The notes: generated from the sequence alone by a model not told the origin. DNA of 64,000 nucleotides from an uncultured Clostridia bacterium (GCA_944386645.1 CALXBW010000004.1:11256-75255); one strand, 5' to 3'. Shown: positions 29,626-39,543, numbered from the stretch's first letter. Numbers and translations: made by a program.

Positions 29626-30492
29626 ATGGTAGATAAAGCAGCAAATTATGAAGAAAGAATCAGAAGGGCAGAAGAAATATATAATAGAAGGCGAAACAAT
29701 ATAAGAACAAATGATTATGCAACTTTAAATATATCAGGGAAAAAGGATATTAAATTATTTAAGAGAATGTTTATACAAATTATAATTTGTTTAGCAATTT
29801 ATTTTGGAGTTTATATTATACAAAATAATAATTATATATTTTCAGAGAGCTTTATAAGTAAAACAAAAGAGATATTATCATATGATATTAATGTTAGTAA
29901 TTTAACAGAGGGGGTATTACAGTACATAAATAATATAAAAGATGTGCAATCAATGATTCCAGAGCAGTACAGAGAAAAAGATGAAATAAAAATTGATAGT
30001 ACATTAAATAACCAAGCTTTAATGTTAATTGAAGAACCACTTTATACTAATGAAGCAAGTAGTTTAAGCCAAGTTGAAGAAGATGCAAAATTTATAAAGG
30101 AAAACTATTCTCTTATAAAACCTGTAGAAGGAGTTGTAAGTTCAGGTTTTGGTTCTAGAAATCCTACAACACCAACTGTTCCTAAATATCATACAGGTAT
30201 AGATATTGCAAATGTTATTGGAACAAAAATAATTGCTGCTATGGAGGGAGAAGTGACTCAAGTATCATCAGTAGGAGCATATGGAAATCATTTAAGAATA
30301 AAAAATGGAGAAATTGTTACTTTGTATGCACATTGTAGCAAGATATATGTTAAAGAGGGGGATAAAATAAGTCAGGGACAAGAAATAGCTGAAGTGGGGG
30401 ATACAGGAAATGTAACAGGTCCACATTTACATTTCGAAATAAGAAGAAATAATGAATTTGTTGATCCAGCTTATGTAATTGATTTTGAATAA
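29626..30492 (+). CDS. Membrane-anchored M23 (LytM) peptidase, SpoIVFA/SpoIIQ-like
   Basis: N-terminal TM. C-terminal M23 domain with HTGIDIA...GNHLRI...GPHLHFEI (intact HxxxD and HxH zinc ligands). Start reassigned to the ATG at 29626, preceded by ggaagaggtg. Confidence 0.7.
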   Translation: MVDKAANYEERIRRAEEIYNRRRNNIRTNDYATLNISGKKDIKLFKRMFIQIIICLAIYFGVYIIQNNNYIFSESFISKTKEILSYDINVSNLTEGVLQYINNIKDVQSMIPEQYREKDEIKIDSTLNNQALMLIEEPLYTNEASSLSQVEEDAKFIKENYSLIKPVEGVVSSGFGSRNPTTPTVPKYHTGIDIANVIGTKIIAAMEGEVTQVSSVGAYGNHLRIKNGEIVTLYAHCSKIYVKEGDKISQGQEIAEVGDTGNVTGPHLHFEIRRNNEFVDPAYVIDFE

Positions 30493-30498
30493 GATAGG

Positions 30499-31158
30499 AT
30501 GGAGACCAATATGCAAATAAAAGTGAATTTACAAATATTTATATTTATAATAATATTTTTATTAACAAATCAAATATTATTATATGCTATATTAATGCTA
30601 TTTGCATTTATACATGAAATTGGACATTTATTAGCAGGACTTATACTAAAGTTAAAGCCAAATCTTATAAGAATAACACCATTTGGTTTGTCAATTACAT
30701 TTGAAGGATATGGAGAAAAAGTACATAATAATATTAATAAAAAAAGATTACTTATTGCTTTAGCTGGGCCATTAACAAATATAATATTAGTAATTATATT
30801 TATGTTGATACCAGATTGGAATTTTATTGTAAGTAAAGAAATTTTAGTATATTCTAATTTGCTTATTGCTATGTTTAATTTAATGCCTATATATCCATTA
30901 GATGGAGGAAGAATATTAGAAAGTATTTTAAAATATAAAATGAATAATATAAAATCAGTTGAGATTACAAACAAAGTATCAAATTTGTTGGCAATTATAC
31001 TTACTATATTAGCTAGTATATTTGTATTTTATATTAAAAATATAGCTGTATTTTTTGTGATTTTATACTTATGGTATTTAATTGTTAAAGAGAATGAGAG
31101 GTTTAGATTACTGAAAAAAGCATATAATGTAATAGAAAATAAATATAATATGTGTTGA
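30499..31158 (+). CDS. M50 site-2 metalloprotease, SpoIVFB-like, without a CBS domain
   Basis: HEIGH zinc motif inside a TM helix, PFGL and NLMPIYPLDGGRIL (LDG motif). 6-TM topology. Only 219 aa. The true start may be the ATG at 30511. Confidence 0.7.
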   Translation: METNMQIKVNLQIFIFIIIFLLTNQILLYAILMLFAFIHEIGHLLAGLILKLKPNLIRITPFGLSITFEGYGEKVHNNINKKRLLIALAGPLTNIILVIIFMLIPDWNFIVSKEILVYSNLLIAMFNLMPIYPLDGGRILESILKYKMNNIKSVEITNKVSNLLAIILTILASIFVFYIKNIAVFFVILYLWYLIVKENERFRLLKKAYNVIENKYNMC

Positions 31159-31211
31159 AAATTAATTAAATTAATAGTAAACTAAAGAAAATAGTTGGAG
31201 GGTGATTACAT

Positions 31212-31613
31212 ATGAAAAAGAATAAGAAATTATTAATTGGACTTATAATAGCTGTAGTTGTAGTAATTGGTGGAATATTAATATATAAAGGAGTAAATAA
31301 TGCACGTTTAGATAGTTTTTATAATGATTTAAAAACTTTAGGAGATAAAGTTTCATATTATTATGATGAATATGGGGGAATTCCTGTAAAAGAAGAGTAT
31401 ACTGGTTCAGAAAATTTTAAAGCTCAAAAGAATGAAAGTGATAGTAATACTTACTATATTATAGATACTAATTCGTTAGAAGATTTAAATTTAAAAAATG
31501 AGGTTACAGGTGAGGGAGAAGATGTATATATCATAAATGATATTTCTCATACTATTTATTATGCAAAAGGGATAAGTGTTGAGGGAAAGATGTATTATAC
31601 TTTACCTAAATAA
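31212..31613 (+). CDS. Hypothetical membrane-anchored protein (133 aa)
   Basis: N-terminal TM (LLIGLIIAVVVVIGGILIY). No known domain. Confidence 0.45.
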   Translation: MKKNKKLLIGLIIAVVVVIGGILIYKGVNNARLDSFYNDLKTLGDKVSYYYDEYGGIPVKEEYTGSENFKAQKNESDSNTYYIIDTNSLEDLNLKNEVTGEGEDVYIINDISHTIYYAKGISVEGKMYYTLPK

Positions 31614-31703
31614 TATTTTACAGTTTAAATTAATCACATAATAATTGACTATTTATCAAAAATATGATATATTAACATAAAATCGTTATTAGGAGTGAGA
31701 AAT

Positions 31704-31934
31704 ATGATCGAGAAAAAATACTGGATGAAACTTGTAGAACGGTTAAAAAGAGACAAAAAAAGGACTCTTGCAGCTTTGGTACTGTTAATGTACCGAAGAG
31801 ATAAAAAAGGTAAAAGGTTTTTGGAAGTACAGGATAAGTATGTTACTGCAATCAGACCATACCGTAAGAGTGAAGGCGTTTTTCTTGATTTTCGGTGTTC
31901 ATATAAAGATGGATATCGAAGAATATTCTGGTAA
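31704..31934 (+). CDS. Small basic hypothetical protein (76 aa)
   Basis: RBS aggagtg, then ATG at 31704. K/R-rich (MIEKKYWMKLVERLKRDKKR...). Local GC is higher than in the flanking DNA. Confidence 0.4.
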   Translation: MIEKKYWMKLVERLKRDKKRTLAALVLLMYRRDKKGKRFLEVQDKYVTAIRPYRKSEGVFLDFRCSYKDGYRRIFW

Positions 31935-31981
31935 AATAGGTTAAATAACCTAAAACATATTATGTAAATTTACAAAAAATA

Positions 31982-32010
31982 TTGACAAATTGTATTTTAC
32001 ATAATATAAT
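31982..32010 (+). promoter_or_regulatory. Sigma-A-type promoter TTGACA-N17-TATAAT
   Basis: Read directly upstream of the ORF at 32043. Confidence 0.45.
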
Positions 32011-32042
32011 AATTAAGTGTTAATTTTTATAGCTTTTGAACA

Positions 32043-32297
32043 ATGGAGGATGACATTATGATGAATAAGTTAGAAAAAGAAAAAATTTTTTCTGAAATGA
32101 AACAAAAAGCGAGAGAAAAAAAGAGGCTGATGATTGAAATAGAGCTTTGCCAAATGCAAAGGTCATTATTAGAAAAAAAAGAAGACTTTTATCTTTTAAG
32201 AATAACTGAATTTCCAGATATTTTGGAAATTGCAAAAGTAGGATTCTTAAAATACGATTATTACGACCGTTACTATACAAAGGTAACATTGGCATAA
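32043..32297 (+). CDS. Hypothetical protein (84 aa)
   Basis: ORF with RBS aatggagga. A perfect bidirectional terminator follows it. Confidence 0.4.
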   Translation: MEDDIMMNKLEKEKIFSEMKQKAREKKRLMIEIELCQMQRSLLEKKEDFYLLRITEFPDILEIAKVGFLKYDYYDRYYTKVTLA

Positions 32298-32299
32298 TA

Positions 32300-32338
32300 A
32301 CAAAAAATATCACTTGCATTGCAAGTGATATTTTTTGT
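32300..32338. terminator. Bidirectional rho-independent terminator (shared by the 84 aa gene and nrdD)
   Basis: aaaaaATATCACTTGCAttGCAAGTGATATttttttg. Confidence 0.8.
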
Positions 32339-32353
32339 TATTATAAAGTATAA

Positions 32354-34699
32354 TTAAAATTTATTAGGAATTCTATCTTTTAATTCTGAAATTTTAGGAC
32401 TACACCATCTATTAGTATTTCCAACCAAATATGAAGTTATTTTTCTTATTCTTTCAAAAGGTATATCACCTTCGGTTCTTCCACAGCCAGGACAAATTTT
32501 ATCTATATTGCCAACATAACCACATACTGGATCTCTGTCTATACCATGATTTATGGAACCATAACCAATATTAGCTTCTTTCATTATTCTTATTAATTTT
32601 TCAAAAGATTCTACATTATCTATATTATCTTCATCTAATTCAATATAACTAAAATGACCACCATTTGTGAGTTTATGATATGGAGCTTCTAATTTTATCT
32701 TATCTATAGCAGATATATTATAATATACAGGAACATGAAAAGAATTAGTGTAGTAATCTCTGTCTGTAATTCCAGGTAGTATACCAAAAATAGTTTTATC
32801 TATACTTGTAAATCTTCCAGATAAATTTTCAGCAGGGGTAGCAATTAGGGTAAAATTTAAATTATATTTTTTAGAAAATTCATCTGTTTTATTTCTCATA
32901 AAAGTTATTATTTTAATTCCTAATTCTTGTGCTTCATTACTCTCTCCATGATGTTTACCAATAAGAGCTTTTAGGCATTCTGCAAGTCCAATAAAGCCTA
33001 TACTTAAAGTTCCTTGTTTTAAAACTTTCCTAATTTTATCATCTGATTTAATTTTTTCACTATCAATCCATACAGAATTACCTATTAAGAATGGAAAGTT
33101 ATATGCGTGTTTGTTTGATTGTATTTCAAATCTTTCAATTAGTTGATTTTTTACTAAGTCCATTTTTGAATTTAAATCATTGAAAAATCCATCTATGTCA
33201 GGCGAAGTGTTAGTTATTATACCATGTTTAATACCTAGTCTTGGGAGATTAATACTAGTAAAAGATAAATTTCCTCTACCACTAACTATTTCTTTATCAT
33301 CTGATACAAAATTATCTATTACACGTGTACCACAACCAACATAGGATATTTCTGTATTTATATTATCTTTATCATAGTATTTTTTATTAAAATCTGAATC
33401 AATAAAGCAAAAGTTAGGAAATAATTTTTCAGAAGAAACTTGGCATGCTAGTTTAAATAAATCGTAATTAGGGTCATTTTCATTATAATTTATTCCTTCT
33501 TTTACTTTAAAAATAGAAACAGGGTATATAGCAGGCTCTCCTTTACCCAAACCATTTTGTGTTGCAAGTAAAAAGTTTTTGGTTATTAAACGACCTTCAG
33601 GAGATGTGTCTGTTCCAAAATTAACTGTAGAAAATGGAACTTGTGCACCTGCTCTTGAATGCATTGTATTTAAATTATATATAAAGCTTTCCATAGCTTG
33701 ATATGTTAATTTATTAGTTTTATCTAATGCAGATTTATATGCATATCTAAATAATCTTTCAACTTCTTCAGATTCTCTTGAAAACTTATAAAATATACTA
33801 ATATCAAAATTTATAGAATTTAGTTTTGTTATTTCACGTTCTATACTATTTATAGCAACAAATTTTTCAAAATTGCTAAATGATAGTAAGTCATATAAAA
33901 CATTTCTAAATTGTTTCTTAAATGTTTTTAATACTCCTGGAGCCATGTAAAAATCAAAATAAGGTATACTTTGACCTCCGTGTTGGTCATTTTGATTTAA
34001 CTGTATAATAATAGCTGCAATGGAACTGTATGATTGTATATCTTGAGGCTCTCTAAGAAAACCATAATTAGTATAAAAACCATTATTAAAAAGTTTATTT
34101 AAATCTATCTGACATGTTGTTGTCGTTCCCATAGGCATGTAATCTAAATCATGTATATGAATATCTCCACTGTCATGTGCATCTGCATAATCTTTTTTCA
34201 TAAGGTATGCTTTAGAGAATTCTCTAGAAACTGTACTACCAAATTCATATAGTGTTCCCATAGAACAATTTATATTCATATTTGATTCTACCTTACGTTC
34301 AAAATCATCTGAAGTAGATTTTAGTCCTAAATTTTCAAGTGATTTTAAAAATTTATGTAGTTTTTTCTCATCTATAAATGATTCTCTTGATTGAGCTCTT
34401 GTTAATCTATATTTTGAAAAAGATTCATATACATCTAGATAACCATTATTTATAAGCTCTTGTTCTATAATATCTTGTATTTCTTCAATTTTTATTCTAT
34501 CTTGTTTTAATTTAGAAATTCTATCTATTACACAGTTATATATGGCGTTGCTGTCTTTTGGTGAGTATTTTGGTGGGTTTGTAGTAGAATGTTCTAAATT
34601 TATACTATCAAAGCCTTTTTTTATTGCCATTGCAATTTTTGTACCATCAAATTCAACTTTTTTACCATTTCTTTTTATTACAGACATATTTATATTCAT
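32354..34699 (-). CDS. nrdD: Anaerobic ribonucleoside-triphosphate reductase NrdD (class III RNR)
   Basis: N-terminal ATP-cone (VIKRNGKKVEFDGTKI). C-terminal Zn-ribbon CPGCG and glycyl-radical region RDPVCGYVG. The RBS ggagg precedes the second ATG (MNINMSV), so the start is 34699, not 34711. Confidence 0.85.
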   Translation of the reverse strand: MNINMSVIKRNGKKVEFDGTKIAMAIKKGFDSINLEHSTTNPPKYSPKDSNAIYNCVIDRISKLKQDRIKIEEIQDIIEQELINNGYLDVYESFSKYRLTRAQSRESFIDEKKLHKFLKSLENLGLKSTSDDFERKVESNMNINCSMGTLYEFGSTVSREFSKAYLMKKDYADAHDSGDIHIHDLDYMPMGTTTTCQIDLNKLFNNGFYTNYGFLREPQDIQSYSSIAAIIIQLNQNDQHGGQSIPYFDFYMAPGVLKTFKKQFRNVLYDLLSFSNFEKFVAINSIEREITKLNSINFDISIFYKFSRESEEVERLFRYAYKSALDKTNKLTYQAMESFIYNLNTMHSRAGAQVPFSTVNFGTDTSPEGRLITKNFLLATQNGLGKGEPAIYPVSIFKVKEGINYNENDPNYDLFKLACQVSSEKLFPNFCFIDSDFNKKYYDKDNINTEISYVGCGTRVIDNFVSDDKEIVSGRGNLSFTSINLPRLGIKHGIITNTSPDIDGFFNDLNSKMDLVKNQLIERFEIQSNKHAYNFPFLIGNSVWIDSEKIKSDDKIRKVLKQGTLSIGFIGLAECLKALIGKHHGESNEAQELGIKIITFMRNKTDEFSKKYNLNFTLIATPAENLSGRFTSIDKTIFGILPGITDRDYYTNSFHVPVYYNISAIDKIKLEAPYHKLTNGGHFSYIELDEDNIDNVESFEKLIRIMKEANIGYGSINHGIDRDPVCGYVGNIDKICPGCGRTEGDIPFERIRKITSYLVGNTNRWCSPKISELKDRIPNKF

Positions 34700-34871
34700 A
34701 TCAACCTCCATTTGAGCTGATTTTGCTCTAACAAAAATTTATTAAATAATTTGTTTTTCACACTATAACTTTAATATATATTATTATATAAAAAATGATA
34801 AAGTCAAGAAAATACGTAAAAAGGTATACATAAATAATAAAAATATGGTATAATATCAATGTTTAAAAGGG

Positions 34872-36419
34872 GTGATTAAAATTTTTTTGAAAAAAAACTG
34901 GAAATTTATTTTAGGATTGTTAGTAGCAGTAATATCAATGCTTATTATTTGTATATATAAACTAAGCATTACTAAAGAAGATTTATCAAATATAGAATTA
35001 ATTGGATTTGTTGTATCTGCTGTTGTTGTTACATCAATAGTGATATGGTTATCTATACATATATATAAGAAAAAAGATTTGACACAGGAGAAAATATTTT
35101 TATATACAATACCAATTATTTGTATAATGTTTATGATATTTATGCCTATGTATAAAAGCCATGATGAACATGCACATTGGCATAGAATATATGAAATATC
35201 AACTGGAAATTTAACAACTAATGTTAATGAAAATGGTGATGTATATTCAATTTTACCTAAGAGTGTTGTTATTCCAGATTGGGAGTTTATGAATTATACA
35301 GAAGTATTAAATCAATTAGATGATAGAATAGATAACAATGATACAACAAATGATGTATATATAATAACTTCTACGGTATATTCTCCAATACAATATGCTC
35401 ATGAAGCTTTGGCAATTGCAATTGCTAGAATATTTATTAAGATTCCAATAGTATTAGCATATATTGGACGATTTGCAAATTTAATTGTTTGTTTAGTATT
35501 AATGTATTTTGCAATTAAGAAGATGCCATTTGGAAAGAATATATTGTTATGCATAGCATATATACCTATTCTTATTGAGGGGATATCTTCAATGTCTGGA
35601 GATGGACTTACTTTTGCTATTTCACTATTCTATTTAGCTTATATATTAAATTTAACTTTTAATTCTAAAATTGAAAAAATACAATTAAAAGATAAAATAG
35701 CTTTATTAGTTACTTCTATAGTTGTTGCATCATGTAAAATAGTATATTTACCTTTTATAGGACTTATGTTGTTACTACCAAAAGAGAAACTGGGAGGCAA
35801 AAAAGAGAAAATAAAGTTAATAGCAATTGTATGGGGGGTAGCTGTTTTAACAAGTTTAATTTGGCTTGCATATTCAGGTAGATATTTAGGTGGACTTTCT
35901 GGATTGGCTGGTTCAGCTCCAAGTGTTCAAATAATGAAATTTATATTTAATCCATTTGATTTTATACAAGCATTTTTATACAATTTAGAAATTAATGGTG
36001 GAAAATATTTAACTGAAATGTTTGGATCAGCAATTGGTTGGTTTGATTTTGTTAAACTAGTTTCTATTGCACCATATACTTTGTTTGTTATGTATATTGT
36101 AACATTATTATTTGATAATAGTGTAAAAAATAAATTTAATTTATTCCAAAAGGTTATATTAACTTTAGTGATTTTAGCTGTAATTGCATTAATATTTGTA
36201 AGCTTATATATTCAATGGACTAAACCAGACAGTCAAGGAATTGATGGTATACAAGGAAGATACTTTATTCCATTATTACCAGCAGCAGGACTTTTAATTG
36301 GAAGTATAGTAAAAAATAAGAGTGAATATAATGAAATAAATATGGCAAAGGGAATATCAATTATAGGATTAGTTATACATTTACAATTAATGCTAACTAT
36401 TTATATATGTAATATATAA
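34872..36419 (+). CDS. Polytopic integral membrane protein (515 aa, >=12 TM; possible DUF2142/YfhO-like glycosyltransferase family)
   Basis: Hydropathy only. No catalytic motif recognised. Confidence 0.4.
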   Translation: MIKIFLKKNWKFILGLLVAVISMLIICIYKLSITKEDLSNIELIGFVVSAVVVTSIVIWLSIHIYKKKDLTQEKIFLYTIPIICIMFMIFMPMYKSHDEHAHWHRIYEISTGNLTTNVNENGDVYSILPKSVVIPDWEFMNYTEVLNQLDDRIDNNDTTNDVYIITSTVYSPIQYAHEALAIAIARIFIKIPIVLAYIGRFANLIVCLVLMYFAIKKMPFGKNILLCIAYIPILIEGISSMSGDGLTFAISLFYLAYILNLTFNSKIEKIQLKDKIALLVTSIVVASCKIVYLPFIGLMLLLPKEKLGGKKEKIKLIAIVWGVAVLTSLIWLAYSGRYLGGLSGLAGSAPSVQIMKFIFNPFDFIQAFLYNLEINGGKYLTEMFGSAIGWFDFVKLVSIAPYTLFVMYIVTLLFDNSVKNKFNLFQKVILTLVILAVIALIFVSLYIQWTKPDSQGIDGIQGRYFIPLLPAAGLLIGSIVKNKSEYNEINMAKGISIIGLVIHLQLMLTIYICNI

Positions 36420-36445
36420 GGAGAATAAAATAGATATAATTTTTG

Positions 36446-36498
36446 AAAGCAGGATAAGAACTAGTACGTAAAAATACTAGTTCTTATCCTGCTTTATT
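36446..36498. terminator. Long perfect-hairpin bidirectional terminator overlapping the spoIIID stop
   Basis: AAAGCAGGATAAGAACTAGTAcgtaaaaaTACTAGTTCTTATCCTGCTTT, a 21 bp stem. Confidence 0.75.
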
Positions 36499-36747
36499 GA
36501 TTTTACTATATTTCATTTTTGTTGCCATTCCTCCTCTAATGTGTCTTTCGGCTTTATTTTCATTTAAAATATTTCGTACTTCAAGAGCTAAAGATTTATT
36601 TATTTTAAGCAGTCTTTTGCTTACATCCATATGTACAGTTGATTTGGATATTCCAAATTTTTTAGCAGCTCCGCGAACTGTTTCTTTATTATCTATAATA
36701 TAATGAGCCAGTTTCACTGCACGTTCTTCTATTGATATTTTACGCAT
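36484..36747 (-). CDS. spoIIID: Stage III sporulation protein D (SpoIIID) transcription regulator
   Basis: MRKISIEERAVKLAHYIIDNKETVRGAAKKFGISKSTVHMDVSKRL...RGGMATKMKY is closely parallel to B. subtilis SpoIIID (HTH plus the C-terminal RGGxATKxKY). Start at the ATG after gggggtt. Confidence 0.9.
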   Translation of the reverse strand: MRKISIEERAVKLAHYIIDNKETVRGAAKKFGISKSTVHMDVSKRLLKINKSLALEVRNILNENKAERHIRGGMATKMKYSKINKAG

Positions 36748-36918
36748 ATTGAAAACCCCCATTTTGAATACTCTTGTTTAATTGTATTCTGTTTAAGGGA
36801 TTAATATGTTAGATAATGAAAATAATATGATTTATACTATAAAATATATGATTATTTAATTGACTTTTTAAATATGTTTACATATAATTAATTAAACAAA
36901 TGAAGGAGATAATAAAAA

Positions 36919-38076
36919 ATGGCCAATTATGTATATAGAGCGGTATTAGAAAACTACAGTAAAGAAGAAGGAATAAAATGTAAAGAAAAAGATTCTGATA
37001 AATCTTTAAGTTATCATGTTAATTTTGGAAGTAAAAAGAATGTGAAAACAAAATATATATCTACTAGTAAAAAAATAGGAATTGCTGCATATAAATATGC
37101 AATAGGTAAAGTTAATGAAAACAGAATTAAAAGATCAAAAATAGTATTAATAGATTTAGATAAATTACCAAAAGAACAAAAATATTATGACTTAACAGAT
37201 GAAACTGTATTAAAAGAACAAAAAATTAGTCGTATGTCGAAAAATTATTGTAAATCAGATGCAGAAGTTACAATAGAAGGAGATATAGGACCTGAATGTG
37301 TAAAAGAAATACCACCAATGTTAGTAGATATTTTGTTTGCACTTGAGAGTTCTGGTAATGCAAATAAAATGTTCTATGATATGTTATTAGACAGAGTGGC
37401 TGAAGGTGATATGGAACTAGATAAAATAATTGAAAAATGTAAATTTAATAAATTAGAGCAAAATTTTATTAAATCATATTATACAGATATGAATCAATTA
37501 GAAGAAACAGCTAAACAAATACTGCCTGAGATGTTGGATGAGAAAAAAGAAGATAATAGAGAGTTTATAGCAAATTGTATAAGAACACAGATAATAAAAA
37601 ATGTTGTAGCATCACAATTACATAGAGATTTAAAATATTATACAGGTCCATTAGAAGGAAAATTAAATTCTCATTATAGAACAGAAAAAGATAGAGTGAA
37701 AAAAGATTGTTATTATTTTAATGATTATTTATCAATAAAAGTAAATAATGATGATATGATAAAACTACCAAATGGAATTAATTATGAAGTTGGTAAGAAA
37801 AATGAAGTTAAAACATTGCAGTTAATAGAAGCGCATTTAACTAAAGAAAATTTTGAAACTCCATCAATACCACGTGATAAAGACAATAGATATAAATCAT
37901 TTGAAGGAATAAGAATAGAAATTGATAAAAAAAGAGTAAAAGATAATAATGAAATAAATTTAGATGATATAAAAAGTACATTAAAAATAGGAAATGCAAA
38001 AGAGAGAAAAGAAGTAGATAATTATATTCAAAGACAAATGCAAAGACAAAGAGGAGCGCGCGAAAGAGGGGAATAA
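36919..38076 (+). CDS. Hypothetical protein A of an uncharacterised four-gene cassette (385 aa)
   Basis: Lys/Glu-rich. N-terminal region contains YVYR...YISTSKK. No confidently recognised domain. Translationally coupled to the next ORF (taaAATG). Confidence 0.45.
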   Translation: MANYVYRAVLENYSKEEGIKCKEKDSDKSLSYHVNFGSKKNVKTKYISTSKKIGIAAYKYAIGKVNENRIKRSKIVLIDLDKLPKEQKYYDLTDETVLKEQKISRMSKNYCKSDAEVTIEGDIGPECVKEIPPMLVDILFALESSGNANKMFYDMLLDRVAEGDMELDKIIEKCKFNKLEQNFIKSYYTDMNQLEETAKQILPEMLDEKKEDNREFIANCIRTQIIKNVVASQLHRDLKYYTGPLEGKLNSHYRTEKDRVKKDCYYFNDYLSIKVNNDDMIKLPNGINYEVGKKNEVKTLQLIEAHLTKENFETPSIPRDKDNRYKSFEGIRIEIDKKRVKDNNEINLDDIKSTLKIGNAKERKEVDNYIQRQMQRQRGARERGE

Positions 38077-38077
38077 A

Positions 38078-38524
38078 ATGAATGTGTATACAAATGAAGA
38101 TTACAGTAAAGCATATTCAGAAGTATTAGAAGTTTTAAGATATATACCAAAAGTAGATTTAGTAAAAATACCAAAAGATGAGATAATGTTTTATATAAAA
38201 AATATGGACAATAAACATAATTACAAATACAATTTTAATAAACCATTTGAAGATCAAAAATTAATGAGATTAAGTAAAATAATTATATCAAATATTTATA
38301 TAAAGTATTTAGCAAAAAATAAAGAAGAATTATTAGAAAATGAAAGAAAAGAAATTCTGAAGTTAGAAGAAGAAAATAGAAAAATATATAACACAGATAA
38401 TATATTTAGAAATAAGAATTTAGATATTGAAAAAGATGAAAATAATAGTTTGATTGTTATAGAAAAACAAGGATTTTTTAGGAAAATAATAGATAAAATT
38501 AGGAGATTGTTCAAGTTGACATAA
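38078..38524 (+). CDS. Hypothetical protein B (148 aa)
   Basis: The start is 2 nt after the stop of gene A. No motif recognised. Confidence 0.45.
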   Translation: MNVYTNEDYSKAYSEVLEVLRYIPKVDLVKIPKDEIMFYIKNMDNKHNYKYNFNKPFEDQKLMRLSKIIISNIYIKYLAKNKEELLENERKEILKLEEENRKIYNTDNIFRNKNLDIEKDENNSLIVIEKQGFFRKIIDKIRRLFKLT

Positions 38525-38600
38525 AAACCAAAATATGGTATAATATTTAAGTAAAAATTTTTATTAAAAAATTAATTGATTTTGAGGAGGAATCCGAAAG

Positions 38601-38894
38601 ATGAATATTAAAGAAATTATTTATGGTGACGAAGGTGTTTTAAATCGTTTTAGAAATGGAGATTATACCATTTCTAATGAGGAGAAAAGCACAATATTAG
38701 ATTTTGCTAGAAAAGTAAATTCTGGTGTCAAAGAGGGAAATTTAAACCCTCAGGACTTTGCTCTTTACAGTGAGTTAATGTATTTTTTTATACATTATTC
38801 TAAAGAGGTTGATGGAGTAGAAGAACTTCTTGATGAGATTTATGGGGAAGTTCAAGATGGATTAGATTTTGATTACAATGAGGAGGATGAATAA
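38601..38894 (+). CDS. Hypothetical acidic protein C (97 aa)
   Basis: RBS gaggagg. C-terminal acidic tail DGLDFDYNEEDE. GC is higher than for genes A and B. Confidence 0.45.
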   Translation: MNIKEIIYGDEGVLNRFRNGDYTISNEEKSTILDFARKVNSGVKEGNLNPQDFALYSELMYFFIHYSKEVDGVEELLDEIYGEVQDGLDFDYNEEDE

Positions 38895-38898
38895 TAAT

Positions 38899-39543
38899 AT
38901 GGCGACACGTCCATCATGGAGAATAGTAAAAACGGATAACTTTATCAAAATTGTAAAAAATCACTTTGAATTTAAATTTAATCCAGGTTTTTCTGTTACT
39001 CAAAAACGGAAAAATGTAGTTGCTTTACACCAAGCAATTGGTGATAAAGCATTAGAGGTTTCAACTAAATCTGATCTGAAACTCGGAAGAATGTTAAGTG
39101 CATTCAATTTAAGAATCAACGGAATACCACTTGAGTGTGTATTCCAATCTGCTAAGGTTTATCAATATGGAGGACCTTATAAAGACCTCTTAAATGTGTC
39201 TCCAAAAGATGCTAAAAGAGATGAGCGTCACAAGAGTTCAGGAAAATTAATCTACTTCGAATATGAAGGAAAAAGATTTCCTCTTGAACCAAAAACATTC
39301 TTTTATGACTTTATTTATATAAAGGCTGTAAAAGAGTGTATTCCTTTGGAGGAGGTAAAAGATATAGTTCAGTATTCGCATTTTTCGGATATTGAATTCA
39401 ATCCTAAAAAATCAATTAACTGCCAAGCTAAAAGCGTTGCTATAATTAAAGCAATGCTGATGGTATTTGGCGAAGTTCCTCATATCAATGATATTGAGGA
39501 ATTTAAAAAATTTTACAAAGTAATTCAGGCAGAAAATGCTTGA
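38899..39543 (+). CDS. Hypothetical protein D (214 aa)
   Basis: Start reassigned to the ATG at 38899 (RBS gaggagga 10 nt upstream). Contains YQYGGPYKDLL and FYDFIYIKAV. ~35% GC against the ~25% background. A strong terminator follows it. Confidence 0.45.
   Translation: MATRPSWRIVKTDNFIKIVKNHFEFKFNPGFSVTQKRKNVVALHQAIGDKALEVSTKSDLKLGRMLSAFNLRINGIPLECVFQSAKVYQYGGPYKDLLNVSPKDAKRDERHKSSGKLIYFEYEGKRFPLEPKTFFYDFIYIKAVKECIPLEEVKDIVQYSHFSDIEFNPKKSINCQAKSVAIIKAMLMVFGEVPHINDIEEFKKFYKVIQAENA

Noticed and set aside
36919-37350. Possible C3/iota-like ADP-ribosyltransferase domain at the N-terminus of cassette gene A (aromatic-Arg YVYR, then YISTS ~42 aa later)
   Set aside because: The third hallmark (Q/E-x-E catalytic motif ~40-65 aa after STS) is not present, since only DETVL and KEQK are seen. 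Two short motifs alone are insufficient. Kept only as a low-confidence remark in the finding.
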